Source of the DNA: Actinomycetospora lutea
Lineage (GTDB): Bacteria > Actinomycetota > Actinomycetes > Mycobacteriales > Pseudonocardiaceae
Direction: 5' to 3'
Length of the DNA: 24,000 nt
NCBI RefSeq assembly: GCF_028737205.1
Contig: NZ_JAQZAL010000043.1
Coordinates: 18,603-42,602 of the forward strand
Shown: positions 1 to 7,385 of the stretch, piece by piece
Layout: each line of letters starts with the position of its first letter
Numbering within the stretch: the first letter of the stretch is position 1
Program-made: the position numbers and the translations under genes
Notes under the pieces: generated by a model
Told to the model about the DNA's origin: nothing
Seen by the model: only the letters and a program-made list of their open reading frames with translations
Databases searched by the model: none

Positions 1-893
1 CGGCCGACCGCGAAGGGATCGGCGAGCGTGTTGGCCGACAGCAGCGTCTCGGTCGCCCCGGCGAGGAACACCTGCTGGCGCGCGATCCGGTCGAGGTCGC
101 CGTTCGGCAGCCCGTGGCGCTGGCGCACGAAGGCGAGCGCCTCGGGACCGCTGATCTCCTGCGGGCCCGCCGGCAGCGCGAGCCCCGAGTAGGAGTCCTG
201 CACCGGGGCGCGCAGGCAGACCGGCACCCCGCCGATCGCGCTGCTCAGGTCGGCGAAGCCGGCGAGGTTGACCGCCGCGAAGTGCGAGATGGGCAGCCCG
301 GTGAGCTGCTGGACCGCGCCGATCGTGGCCCGGGCCCCCGCGGCGCCGGCGGCGCGCACGACGGCGGGGTCGGTCGGCGACGGCGGCCCGGGGGACTCGG
401 CGGCGAACAGGGCGGTGGTGCCGGTCGGGCCGGTGCCGGTCATGGCGTCGGTCGCCCGGGCGGCGGCCCGCGACCACGCCGAATTGATCTTGTGCCGGCC
501 GAGACCCTGTCCCAGGTCGACGTAGGAGTCGCGCGGGATCGAGATCGCCGTCGCGCGCCCGCCGCCCGCGGGGACGTGGACGACGGTCAGCGAGTCGGCC
601 GTGCCGCCGCCGGACTCGCCGTCGCCGGCGTTGAGCGCGGCGAGGACGTCCTCGGGCAGCGGGTTGCCCTGCGCGTCGGTGCGGTTGTCGAGCCCGACCA
701 GCAGGATGTTCTGCTCGCCGGTCGCCGCGGGCTCGGGACCGTCGATGACGGCGGCCGCCGGCGTGGATCGATCCAGTGCGCGCAGTTGCGTCCACCCCAC
801 CGCCGAGAGCGCCAGGATGCCCACCGACACCACGCTCACGGCGAGACGCGCGAGGAAGCGCAGACGCCGCGAGCGCAGCACGGGACCGATCAC
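1..893 (-). CDS. LytR-CpsA-Psr (LCP) family cell-wall glycopolymer transferase; C-terminus runs off the left edge
   Basis: Absent from the ORF track because it is open at the window edge. My reverse-strand translation from GTG 893 gives VIGPVLRSRRLRFLARLAVSVVSVGILALSAVGW (TM anchor). It continues NILLVGLDNRTD..ADSLTVVHVP..ISIPRDSYVDL..GRHKINSAW..LTGLPISHFAAVNLAGFADLSSAIGGVPVCL..EISGPEALAFVRQRHGLPNGDLDRIARQQVFL, the LCP signature blocks. An in-frame TAA at 959-957 makes GTG 893 the first possible start. Confidence 0.85.
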   Translation of the reverse strand, partial: MIGPVLRSRRLRFLARLAVSVVSVGILALSAVGWTQLRALDRSTPAAAVIDGPEPAATGEQNILLVGLDNRTDAQGNPLPEDVLAALNAGDGESGGGTADSLTVVHVPAGGGRATAISIPRDSYVDLGQGLGRHKINSAWSRAAARATDAMTGTGPTGTTALFAAESPGPPSPTDPAVVRAAGAAGARATIGAVQQLTGLPISHFAAVNLAGFADLSSAIGGVPVCLRAPVQDSYSGLALPAGPQEISGPEALAFVRQRHGLPNGDLDRIARQQVFLAGATETLLSANTLADPFAVG

Positions 894-1089
894 TCTCGTA
901 GCGTTCCCGGTTCTCGGGCCATCGTCACGTCCTCGTGCAGGGCATCTGTGTGATCGTTACCCGTCCGGGGCTTTTCGGATCGTCTCCGGAGTCGTCCGTG
1001 CGGCGTGCGTGAAGTTCCGGTCGCCCCTCACAGTCGGCGCACAAGCCCGACCCACGATCCGGACACGGTCGGCCCGCAGGGTCGCCACC

Positions 1090-3042
1090 ATGACGGTCCA
1101 CGACGGTCGGACGACCGCACTCCGGGTGCTGCGGCGCGCGCCCGCTCCCGCCCGGCACGCCGCCTCCCGCCGCGTGCCGGCCCTCCTGACCGGGCGCGTC
1201 GACGATCCGCGCTGGGTGCGCCCGGCGCTGATCGCCCTGCTCGTCGGCACGGCCGTGCTGTACCTGTGGGACCTCGGCGCCTCGGGCTTCGCCAACACCT
1301 ACTACGCGGCCGCGGTCCAGGCCGGGACGCAGTCGTGGACGGCGTGGCTGTTCGGCTCGATGGACGCGTCGAACTTCATCACCGTCGACAAGCCGCCGGC
1401 CGCGCTGTGGGTGATGGGCCTGTCCGGCCGGCTGTTCGGGTTCTCGAGCTGGTCGTTGCTCGCGCCGCAGGCGCTGATGGGCGTCGGGGCGGTCGGCCTG
1501 CTCTACCTGACCGTGCGGCGCTGGTCGGGGCCGGGCGCGGGTCTGCTCGCCGGCGCGGCGCTCGCGCTGACGCCGGTCGCGGTGCTGATGTTCCGGTTCG
1601 ACAACCCCGACGCGCTGCTCGTGCTGTGCCTGGTGGCGTCGGCGTACGCGGTGGTGCGGGCCGTGGACGTGGCGGCGACACGCGCCGGGACGTGGTGGAC
1701 GGCCGCGGCGGGCGCGCTGCTCGGGCTCGGGTTCCTCACGAAGATGATGCAGGCGTTCCTGGTGCTGCCCGCGCTGGCCGCGGTGCTGCTGCTCGCCCCG
1801 GCGGCCCCACTGCGCCGGCGGCTGGTCCAGCTCGGCGCGGGTGCGCTCGCGCTCGTGGCGTCGGTGGGCTGGTACGTGCTGCTCGTCGACCTGTGGCCCA
1901 CCTCGTCCCGCCCCTACATCGGCGGCTCGACCGACAACACGCTGCTCGACCTCGTCCTGGGATACAACGGCCTCGGCCGCATCCTGGCCGGCGAGGGCAA
2001 CGGGGGTGGGGGCGGCGGCACCGGGTTCGGTGGCTCCACGGGCATCACGCGGATGGTCAACGAGGCCTTCGGCGGCCAGGTCAGCTGGCTGCTGCCGGCC
2101 GCGTTCGTCGCGCTGGCGGCCGGGCTGTGGCTGACCCGCCGGGCCCCGCGCACCGACCGCACCCGCGCCGCGCTCGTGCTCTGGGGCGGCTGGATGCTCG
2201 TCACCGGGCTCGTGTTCAGTGTCATGAGCGGCACGATCCACGCGTACTACGCGGTGGCGCTCGCGCCCGGTCTCGTCGGCACGCTGGCCGTCGGCGGCCG
2301 CGAGGTGTGGCGACGCCGGGGGCACCTCGCCGCCGACCTGACGCTGGGCCTCACCGTGGCGCTCACCGCCGGCTGGGCCGTGGTGCTGCTGCGCCGCACC
2401 CCGGAATTCCTGCCCTGGCTGCGCTGGGTGGTCGCGATCGCCGGCCTCGTCGCCGCGATCGGGCTGGTCCTGCCGTGGCGACGCGTCGGGGCCCGGGTCC
2501 TCCCGGTCGTGCTGCTCGCCGCCCTGCTCGCCGGGGCCGGGGGCGCGACGGCCTTCGCGGTGCAGACCGCGACCACCGCGCACCAGGGCTCGATCGTCAG
2601 CGCCGGGCCCTCGACGGGCGCGGAGACGGGCGGCCCCGGCGGTGGCGCACCGGGCGGTGGCGCACCGGGCGGTGGCGGGCCCGGCGAGGCCCGCACGTCC
2701 GCCGAGCTCACCGCGCTGCTCACGTCGGCGGGGACCCGCTGGTCGGCGGCCACCGTTTCGGCGCAGAGCGCCTCGGGCCTCGAGCTCGCCAGCGGGACCG
2801 CGGTGATGGCGATCGGCGGGTTCACCGGGTCGGACGCGGCGCCGAGCCTCGCGCAGTTCCAGGCCTTCGTGGCCGCCGGGGACATCCACTGGTTCGTGGC
2901 CTCGGGCGGGCCGGGCGTGGGTCCGGGCGGCGGCGCGGGGGACGGCGTCGGCACCCAGATCACCGCGTGGGTCGCCGCGCACTACACGGCGACCACGGTC
3001 GGCGGGACCACCGTCTACGACCTGACGCAGCCAGCGAGGTAG
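1090..3042 (+). CDS. GT-C family 39 (ArnT/PMT-like, YkcB-type) membrane glycosyltransferase
   Basis: In-frame ATG 1090 inside track ORF 601..3042; the part upstream is Arg/Ser/Pro junk. Multi-pass membrane protein with WDLGASGFANTYYAAAVQAGTQSWTAWLFGSMDASNFITVDKPPAALW, the conserved first-loop region of GT39 enzymes. It also has a soluble C-terminal domain (AIGGFTGSDAAPSLAQFQAFVAAGDIHWF). GTG 1009 is an alternative start. Confidence 0.85.
   Translation: MTVHDGRTTALRVLRRAPAPARHAASRRVPALLTGRVDDPRWVRPALIALLVGTAVLYLWDLGASGFANTYYAAAVQAGTQSWTAWLFGSMDASNFITVDKPPAALWVMGLSGRLFGFSSWSLLAPQALMGVGAVGLLYLTVRRWSGPGAGLLAGAALALTPVAVLMFRFDNPDALLVLCLVASAYAVVRAVDVAATRAGTWWTAAAGALLGLGFLTKMMQAFLVLPALAAVLLLAPAAPLRRRLVQLGAGALALVASVGWYVLLVDLWPTSSRPYIGGSTDNTLLDLVLGYNGLGRILAGEGNGGGGGGTGFGGSTGITRMVNEAFGGQVSWLLPAAFVALAAGLWLTRRAPRTDRTRAALVLWGGWMLVTGLVFSVMSGTIHAYYAVALAPGLVGTLAVGGREVWRRRGHLAADLTLGLTVALTAGWAVVLLRRTPEFLPWLRWVVAIAGLVAAIGLVLPWRRVGARVLPVVLLAALLAGAGGATAFAVQTATTAHQGSIVSAGPSTGAETGGPGGGAPGGGAPGGGGPGEARTSAELTALLTSAGTRWSAATVSAQSASGLELASGTAVMAIGGFTGSDAAPSLAQFQAFVAAGDIHWFVASGGPGVGPGGGAGDGVGTQITAWVAAHYTATTVGGTTVYDLTQPAR
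2638..2682 (+). repeat. 15-nt in-frame tandem repeat (ggcggtggcgcaccg x2 plus a degenerate third copy) encoding GGGAPGGGAPGGGGP linker in the GT39 protein
   Basis: Direct reading of 2638-2652, 2653-2667 and 2668-2682. Confidence 0.8.
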
Positions 3043-3096
3043 GGCGGCCTGGGGACGGTGTTACTGGCTCGACGAGATCACCCTGCTCAGGCCGCC
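3043..3096. terminator. Candidate bidirectional terminator structure between convergent GT39 and MFS genes
   Basis: GGCGGCCTG (3043-3051) is the exact reverse complement of CAGGCCGCC (3088-3096). An inner GGTG (3057-3060) / CACC (3079-3082) pair is also present. There is no U-tract, and the right arm overlaps the MFS stop codon. Confidence 0.3.
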
Positions 3097-4376
3097 CGCG
3101 GCGTCCCCGTCGCGGCGTCGTCGAGCGCGTCGACGACGTCGAGGGGGTGGGCGAGCTCGTCCGGGCCCAGGCGACCGAGGACCAGCGCCAGCACGCCGAA
3201 CGCGATCGGCGCGAGGCCCGCGGCGAGGAAGACCGGCGTCAGGCCCGCGACCTCGCTGACCGGCCCGGCGAGCGCCATGGACACGGGCATGAAGGCGAGC
3301 GAGACGAAGAAGTCGAGGCTCGTCACGCGCCCGAGCAGGGCCGGGGGGACGCGGCGCTGCAGCAGCGTCCCCCAGATCACCTGCGGGGCGCTGAACAGGC
3401 CGCCGACGACGAACCCGGCGACGACCATCGGCCAGAGCGTGTCGACCAGCCCGAAGACGACCATGGGGACGCAGGCCGCCGTCCACATCACGATCATGAC
3501 CGTGAGGTACCGGCGCGGGAGGCGCAGCGAGGCGACGAGGATCGACGCGATCGCCCCGCCCGCGCCGTGCGCCAGGAGCACCAGCGAGTGCCCGCCGGGC
3601 CCGCTGCCCGCCCGCTCGATGATCGCGAACGGGACCAGCACCTCGAGCGGCCCCAGCACCATGAGGACCATCAGCGACGCGAACACCAGCGTCACGAGCA
3701 ACCACCGCGTCGCGATCATGTAGCGGAAGCCCTCGGCCAGGTCGCGGGCCACCGCCCCGACGCCCCGACTCCCCTCGCCGAGGTCGCGGCGCAGCGCCCG
3801 CCGGGGCAGTGACAGCGCCGCGACGAGACCCGCGAGGCAGGCGAGCGCCGTGGCACCGAGCGCCGCGGCCGGGGAGTGGGCGGCGACGAGCGCCCCGGCC
3901 AGCGCCGGGCCCGCGCCCAGCAGGAGCACCGGGCGCACGACGCCCTCGAGCCCGTTCACCGCGAGCAGCTCGTCGTCGTCGACCATCGCCGGTACGAGCG
4001 CCGAGTACGCCGGGAAGAACAGGCCCATCGACAGGCCGATCACCGCGGCCACGAGCACGAGCAGCGTCACCGACAGCGCGCCGAGCGCCGAGAGGCCCGC
4101 CACCAGGCCGATCGACAAAGCGAGCACCGCCATGACACCGGCGAGGATCCGCTTCTGCGGCACCCGGTCGGCGAGCACGCCCCCGAGCAGCGCGGTGACG
4201 ATCAGACCGAGCGCGAGCGCGCCCGACACCAGCGACAGCTCGCCCGGCCCGCCGCCGAGCTCGACCACCTGCCAGACGACCGCGAGCGTCCAGAGGCCCT
4301 CGGCGAGCACCGACAGCGCGAGCGCGGTGGCCAGGCGCCGGTACGCGGACCGGCGCAACGGGCGCAGCGCGCGCAT
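3087..4376 (-). CDS. Major facilitator superfamily transporter (EntS/MFS_3-like efflux type)
   Basis: Track ORF 3087..4484 trimmed to ATG 4376, which is preceded by GAGGAGG (rev-comp of about 4386-4392). The product is about 12 predicted hydrophobic helices, with MRALRPLRRSAYRRLATALALSVLAEGLW..LGGVLADRVPQKR..GRVTSLDFF typical of this MFS subfamily. Confidence 0.85.
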   Translation of the reverse strand: MRALRPLRRSAYRRLATALALSVLAEGLWTLAVVWQVVELGGGPGELSLVSGALALGLIVTALLGGVLADRVPQKRILAGVMAVLALSIGLVAGLSALGALSVTLLVLVAAVIGLSMGLFFPAYSALVPAMVDDDELLAVNGLEGVVRPVLLLGAGPALAGALVAAHSPAAALGATALACLAGLVAALSLPRRALRRDLGEGSRGVGAVARDLAEGFRYMIATRWLLVTLVFASLMVLMVLGPLEVLVPFAIIERAGSGPGGHSLVLLAHGAGGAIASILVASLRLPRRYLTVMIVMWTAACVPMVVFGLVDTLWPMVVAGFVVGGLFSAPQVIWGTLLQRRVPPALLGRVTSLDFFVSLAFMPVSMALAGPVSEVAGLTPVFLAAGLAPIAFGVLALVLGRLGPDELAHPLDVVDALDDAATGTPRAA

Positions 4377-4486
4377 GGTGGTCGACCTCCTCGGTGGCGG
4401 GCAGCCGCGACGGTAGGTCCTCGACCGGGGTGGAGGTCCACCGCTTTCCGTTGCCCCCGGCGCCCGGACCGAGTAGGCACGCACGG

Positions 4487-4741
4487 GTGCGCGCGCAACG
4501 GTGGGTCGCCGACGTCGGGCCGGAGAACGCGGCGTTCCTGGCGACGCGCAGTCGCACCGCCGTGCTCGCCTCGGAGTACCGGCCGCGCGATCTCGGCGAC
4601 GGACTCGTGGGCTACGACGAGCGCTCGCTCGGCGCCGCGCGCGAGCTCTCCGAGGAGGAGGAGGGCGCGATCACCGACGACGGCGACGGCCTGCGCGTCT
4701 GGATCGGCGACGACGCGTTCGACCTCGACGAACAGGGCTGA
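4487..4741 (+). CDS. Small hypothetical protein with strongly acidic C-terminus (ELSEEEEGAITDDGDGLRVWIGDDAFDLDEQG)
   Basis: Near-uniform G/C at codon position 3 from about 4487 to the stop. Upstream of that in the same frame (track ORF starts at 4394) codon usage degrades (ggt agg ttt ttg gga agt agg). The GTG 4487 start is my best guess, and its RBS is weak. No family recognised. Confidence 0.45.
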   Translation: MRAQRWVADVGPENAAFLATRSRTAVLASEYRPRDLGDGLVGYDERSLGAARELSEEEEGAITDDGDGLRVWIGDDAFDLDEQG

Positions 4742-4818
4742 GCCGATTGCCGGCCGCACGACGTCCGTCGCACGCGCCCGCGACAACCGCAGGCGGGGCT
4801 GCTCGCGTTCGCCGCGGG

Positions 4819-4859
4819 GCTGGTCGGGCCGGACGGCCGAGCCACCGGCCCCGACCGGC
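4819..4859. terminator. Candidate bidirectional terminator hairpin between convergent genes
   Basis: 4819-4832 (gctggtcgggccgg) pairs with 4845-4859 (ccggccccgaccggc). That gives about 14 bp with one G-U pair and one bulged C, and a 12-nt loop. It sits 3 nt beyond the DUF2795 stop codon. Confidence 0.4.
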
Positions 4860-4862
4860 GAG

Positions 4863-5237
4863 CTAGGCGACGGGGCGGACCGGTCGCCGGCCGGCGGGCC
4901 GCGCGACGGGGCGCACCGTCTGCGCGACCACGGGACCGCGCCGCGGCGCGGTGTGCGGGACGCGCGGCGGCCCGGCCTGTCCCACCGCGGCGACCGGACG
5001 ACCGGAGAGCACGGCGGCGAGGACGGCCACGACCTCGCCCAGCGAGTGGTGGCGGCGCTCGGGGAGGCGTTCGAGCATCGTGCGCGTGACGGTGTCGACC
5101 CCGTACATGTCGGCGGTGGTGAGCACCTGCCACCGGTCGGCCGGGAAGGTCAGGTCGCCGAGCACCGCGGCGAGGCGGTCGGGGAGGCCCGAGGCCTCGG
5201 CGGCGGGGGGAGCAGGCCGTTCGGGGCGAGTGGTCAT
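4863..5237 (-). CDS. DUF2795-like small protein with Pro/Arg-rich tail
   Basis: Track ORF 4863..6236 trimmed to ATG 5237, which is preceded by GGAGGA (rev-comp of 5244-5249). LAAVLGDLTFPADRWQVLTTADMYGVDTVTRTMLERLPERRHHSLGEVVAVL follows the DUF2795 pattern as I remember it. The discarded upstream part is Arg-rich and overlaps the thioesterase gene. Confidence 0.7.
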   Translation of the reverse strand: MTTRPERPAPPAAEASGLPDRLAAVLGDLTFPADRWQVLTTADMYGVDTVTRTMLERLPERRHHSLGEVVAVLAAVLSGRPVAAVGQAGPPRVPHTAPRRGPVVAQTVRPVARPAGRRPVRPVA

Positions 5238-5385
5238 CGGGATCCTCCGAGCAGGAGCGCAGGGCACGCGGCCCGGGGGTGCCCCGAACGTCCGTTCGTC
5301 AATCCGGGACGTCACCCCTGAGTAGATGACCGTCGGTGCCCGCACGGTCGCCGCGGACCCATACTGACCGGTAACCTGCGCGCCC

Positions 5386-5877
5386 GTGAGTACCCCGAGC
5401 GTGCTGGGCACGTGGCGCCGCTTCTCCGGTTCGTGGCCGGGTCGCCTGCTGGTCAGCGCGGCCGTGTGGCTGCGGGCCCCGTACTTCCTCACCGCCGCGC
5501 CGGTGATCCGCCGCCTCGAGCCCGGCCGGGCCGAGGTGTCGCTGCGCAACTGGTGGCTGGTGCACAACCACCTCGGCACCGTGCACGCCATCGCGTCCTG
5601 CAACCTCGCCGAGTACGCGATGGGCGTGCTCGCGGAGGCGACGACGCCGGCGACGCACCGCTGGATCCCGCGCGGCATGACCGTGCGGTACCTCGCGAAG
5701 GCCGACACCGACCTGCTCGCCGTCGCGACCTTCCCGCAGCCGCCGTCGTTCTCCGGCGAGCGCGAGGACGTCGACGCCGACGTCACGATCACCGACGCCC
5801 GCGGGCAGGAGGTCGTGCACGCGACGATCACCCTGCGGATCTCCCCGCGCCCGGCGCGCGTCCCCGCCACGGCCTGA
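5386..5877 (+). CDS. Hotdog-fold thioesterase-like protein (DUF4442 / PaaI-like)
   Basis: GTG start. APYFLTAAPVIRRLEPGRAEVSLRNWWLVHNHLGTVHAIASCNLAEYAMGVL..MTVRYLAKADTDLLAVA matches the DUF4442 core (NHL..vHA.A..NLAE...G, ..YlKKA.g.L.A). Confidence 0.8.
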   Translation: MSTPSVLGTWRRFSGSWPGRLLVSAAVWLRAPYFLTAAPVIRRLEPGRAEVSLRNWWLVHNHLGTVHAIASCNLAEYAMGVLAEATTPATHRWIPRGMTVRYLAKADTDLLAVATFPQPPSFSGEREDVDADVTITDARGQEVVHATITLRISPRPARVPATA

Positions 5878-5926
5878 CCCGACGGGGCCCCGGGCCGCCC
5901 CGCGACGTGCCACGATCCGCGGCGAG

Positions 5927-7381
5927 ATGCCGCCCCCGACGACGACCTCCGACCAGGTCCACGCGTACCGCTTCGGCCTGCGCCGCCTGCAGTCGGCGCT
6001 GGTCCGGCGCCAGGCCGTGCCGGGGACCGACCCGCTGCGCGCGCAGCACCGCGCGACGCTCGCCGGGGTGCTCGTCGCCGCGCTCGCGCTCGGCGTCGCC
6101 GCGGTCTGGGGGCTGCTCGACCGGCCCGCCGACTGGCGCGGCGCCGGCGTCGTGGTGGCCGAGGGCTCCGGGGCGCTCTACGTCGTCGTCCACGGGCCCG
6201 ACCGCCTCGTGCCGGTGCCCAACCTCGCGTCGGCACGCCTGGTGCTCGCGGGGCTGGCGGCGTCCGGCGGTCAGGCCGGCGACCCCGAGCCGGTGGAGGT
6301 CGCCGACGCCGACATCGCCACCGCGCCCCGCGAGCGCGGGGTGGGCATCGTCGACGCCCCGCCGCTGCCGCCGGCCGGGGCGGAGGTCCCGCCCGTGTGG
6401 TCGGTGTGCGACACCGGCAGCCCGCAACCCGGGGCGGCGCGCCCGTGGGAGCAGCCGCGGGTGTGGACCACCGTGCTCGCCGGCCCCGCCCCGCCCGCCC
6501 GCCCCCTCGACCCCGGCCGCGGCCTGCTGCTGCGCGACCGCTTCGACGGCACCTGGCTCGTGCACGAGGGCGTGCGCTCGCGGCTCGACCTGCGCGACCG
6601 TGCCGTGGTCCTCGCCTTCGACCTCGCCGGGCAGGTCCCGCGCCCGGTGAGCACGAGCCTGCTCAACACGCTCGGCGAGGGACCGCCGATCGTCGCGCCG
6701 GAGATCGCCGGGCGCGGCGAGGTGCCGCCGGCGGGGCTCCTGGCCGGCGAGCCGGTGGGCGGGGTCGTGCGCCTCGTCGGGCCCGGGACCCCGGACCGCT
6801 GGTACGTCGTGCAGCGCGAGGGCGTGCAGGAGGTCCCCGAGGTCGTCGCGCGCCTCGTGCGCCTCGACGACCCCGACCCGGCGCGCGCCGGCACCCCGGT
6901 GCCGATCGTGTCGCCGGGCCAGCTGCGCGTGCTCGCCACCGCCCGCGGGATCGCCGTCGGCGCCTATCCCGACCCGGTGCCCCGCGCGGTGCCGATGGCC
7001 GAGGCCCCGACGACCTGCGCGGGCGCGCAGGGCGGCGGACCGGTCGTGCTCACCGTCGGCGCCGACCCGCCCGCCACCGCCACCCCGCCGGCCACGCTGG
7101 CCCAGGCCGACGGCTCCGGCGACCGTGTCGACGCCGTCGCCGTTCCCGGCGCCGGCGTCGCGGTCCGCGCCGTGCCGATCGGCCGCGACGACGCCCCCGG
7201 CAGCCCCACGGTGATCTCGGGCTCGGGGCTCGCGTCGGCGGTGCCCGACCCGGCGACCGCCGCGGCGCTGGGCCTCGGCGAGGCGTTCCCGCCCGCGCCG
7301 GGCGCGATCGTGGGCCTGCTGCCCGCGGGGCCGGTGCTGTCCGTGCCCGCCGCGCTCGCACCGCTGCCGGGCGGCGGCTGA
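5927..7381 (+). CDS. eccB: EccB-like type VII secretion system membrane component
   Basis: The N-terminus TTSDQVHAYRFGLRRLQSALVRR plus a single TM (ATLAGVLVAALALGVAAVWGLL), then LYVVVHGPDRLVPVPNLASARLVLAG, parallels mycobacterial EccB ([20 protein letters not shown]...LYVLLSGQLHPVYNLTSARLVLGN). The C-terminal ...PDPATAAALGLG...IVGLLPAGPVLS parallels ...AETAKSLGLS...IVRLLVDGPVLS. Confidence 0.85.
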   Translation: MPPPTTTSDQVHAYRFGLRRLQSALVRRQAVPGTDPLRAQHRATLAGVLVAALALGVAAVWGLLDRPADWRGAGVVVAEGSGALYVVVHGPDRLVPVPNLASARLVLAGLAASGGQAGDPEPVEVADADIATAPRERGVGIVDAPPLPPAGAEVPPVWSVCDTGSPQPGAARPWEQPRVWTTVLAGPAPPARPLDPGRGLLLRDRFDGTWLVHEGVRSRLDLRDRAVVLAFDLAGQVPRPVSTSLLNTLGEGPPIVAPEIAGRGEVPPAGLLAGEPVGGVVRLVGPGTPDRWYVVQREGVQEVPEVVARLVRLDDPDPARAGTPVPIVSPGQLRVLATARGIAVGAYPDPVPRAVPMAEAPTTCAGAQGGGPVVLTVGADPPATATPPATLAQADGSGDRVDAVAVPGAGVAVRAVPIGRDDAPGSPTVISGSGLASAVPDPATAAALGLGEAFPPAPGAIVGLLPAGPVLSVPAALAPLPGGG

Positions 7382-7385
7382 CCGG

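Noticed and set aside
925-3812. ORFs 925..2982 (-) and 1005..3812 (+), 685 and 935 aa
   Set aside because: Both overlap the GT39 gene, which has unmistakable membrane-glycosyltransferase motifs. Their own translations are Arg/Gly/Pro-rich with no hydrophobic core.
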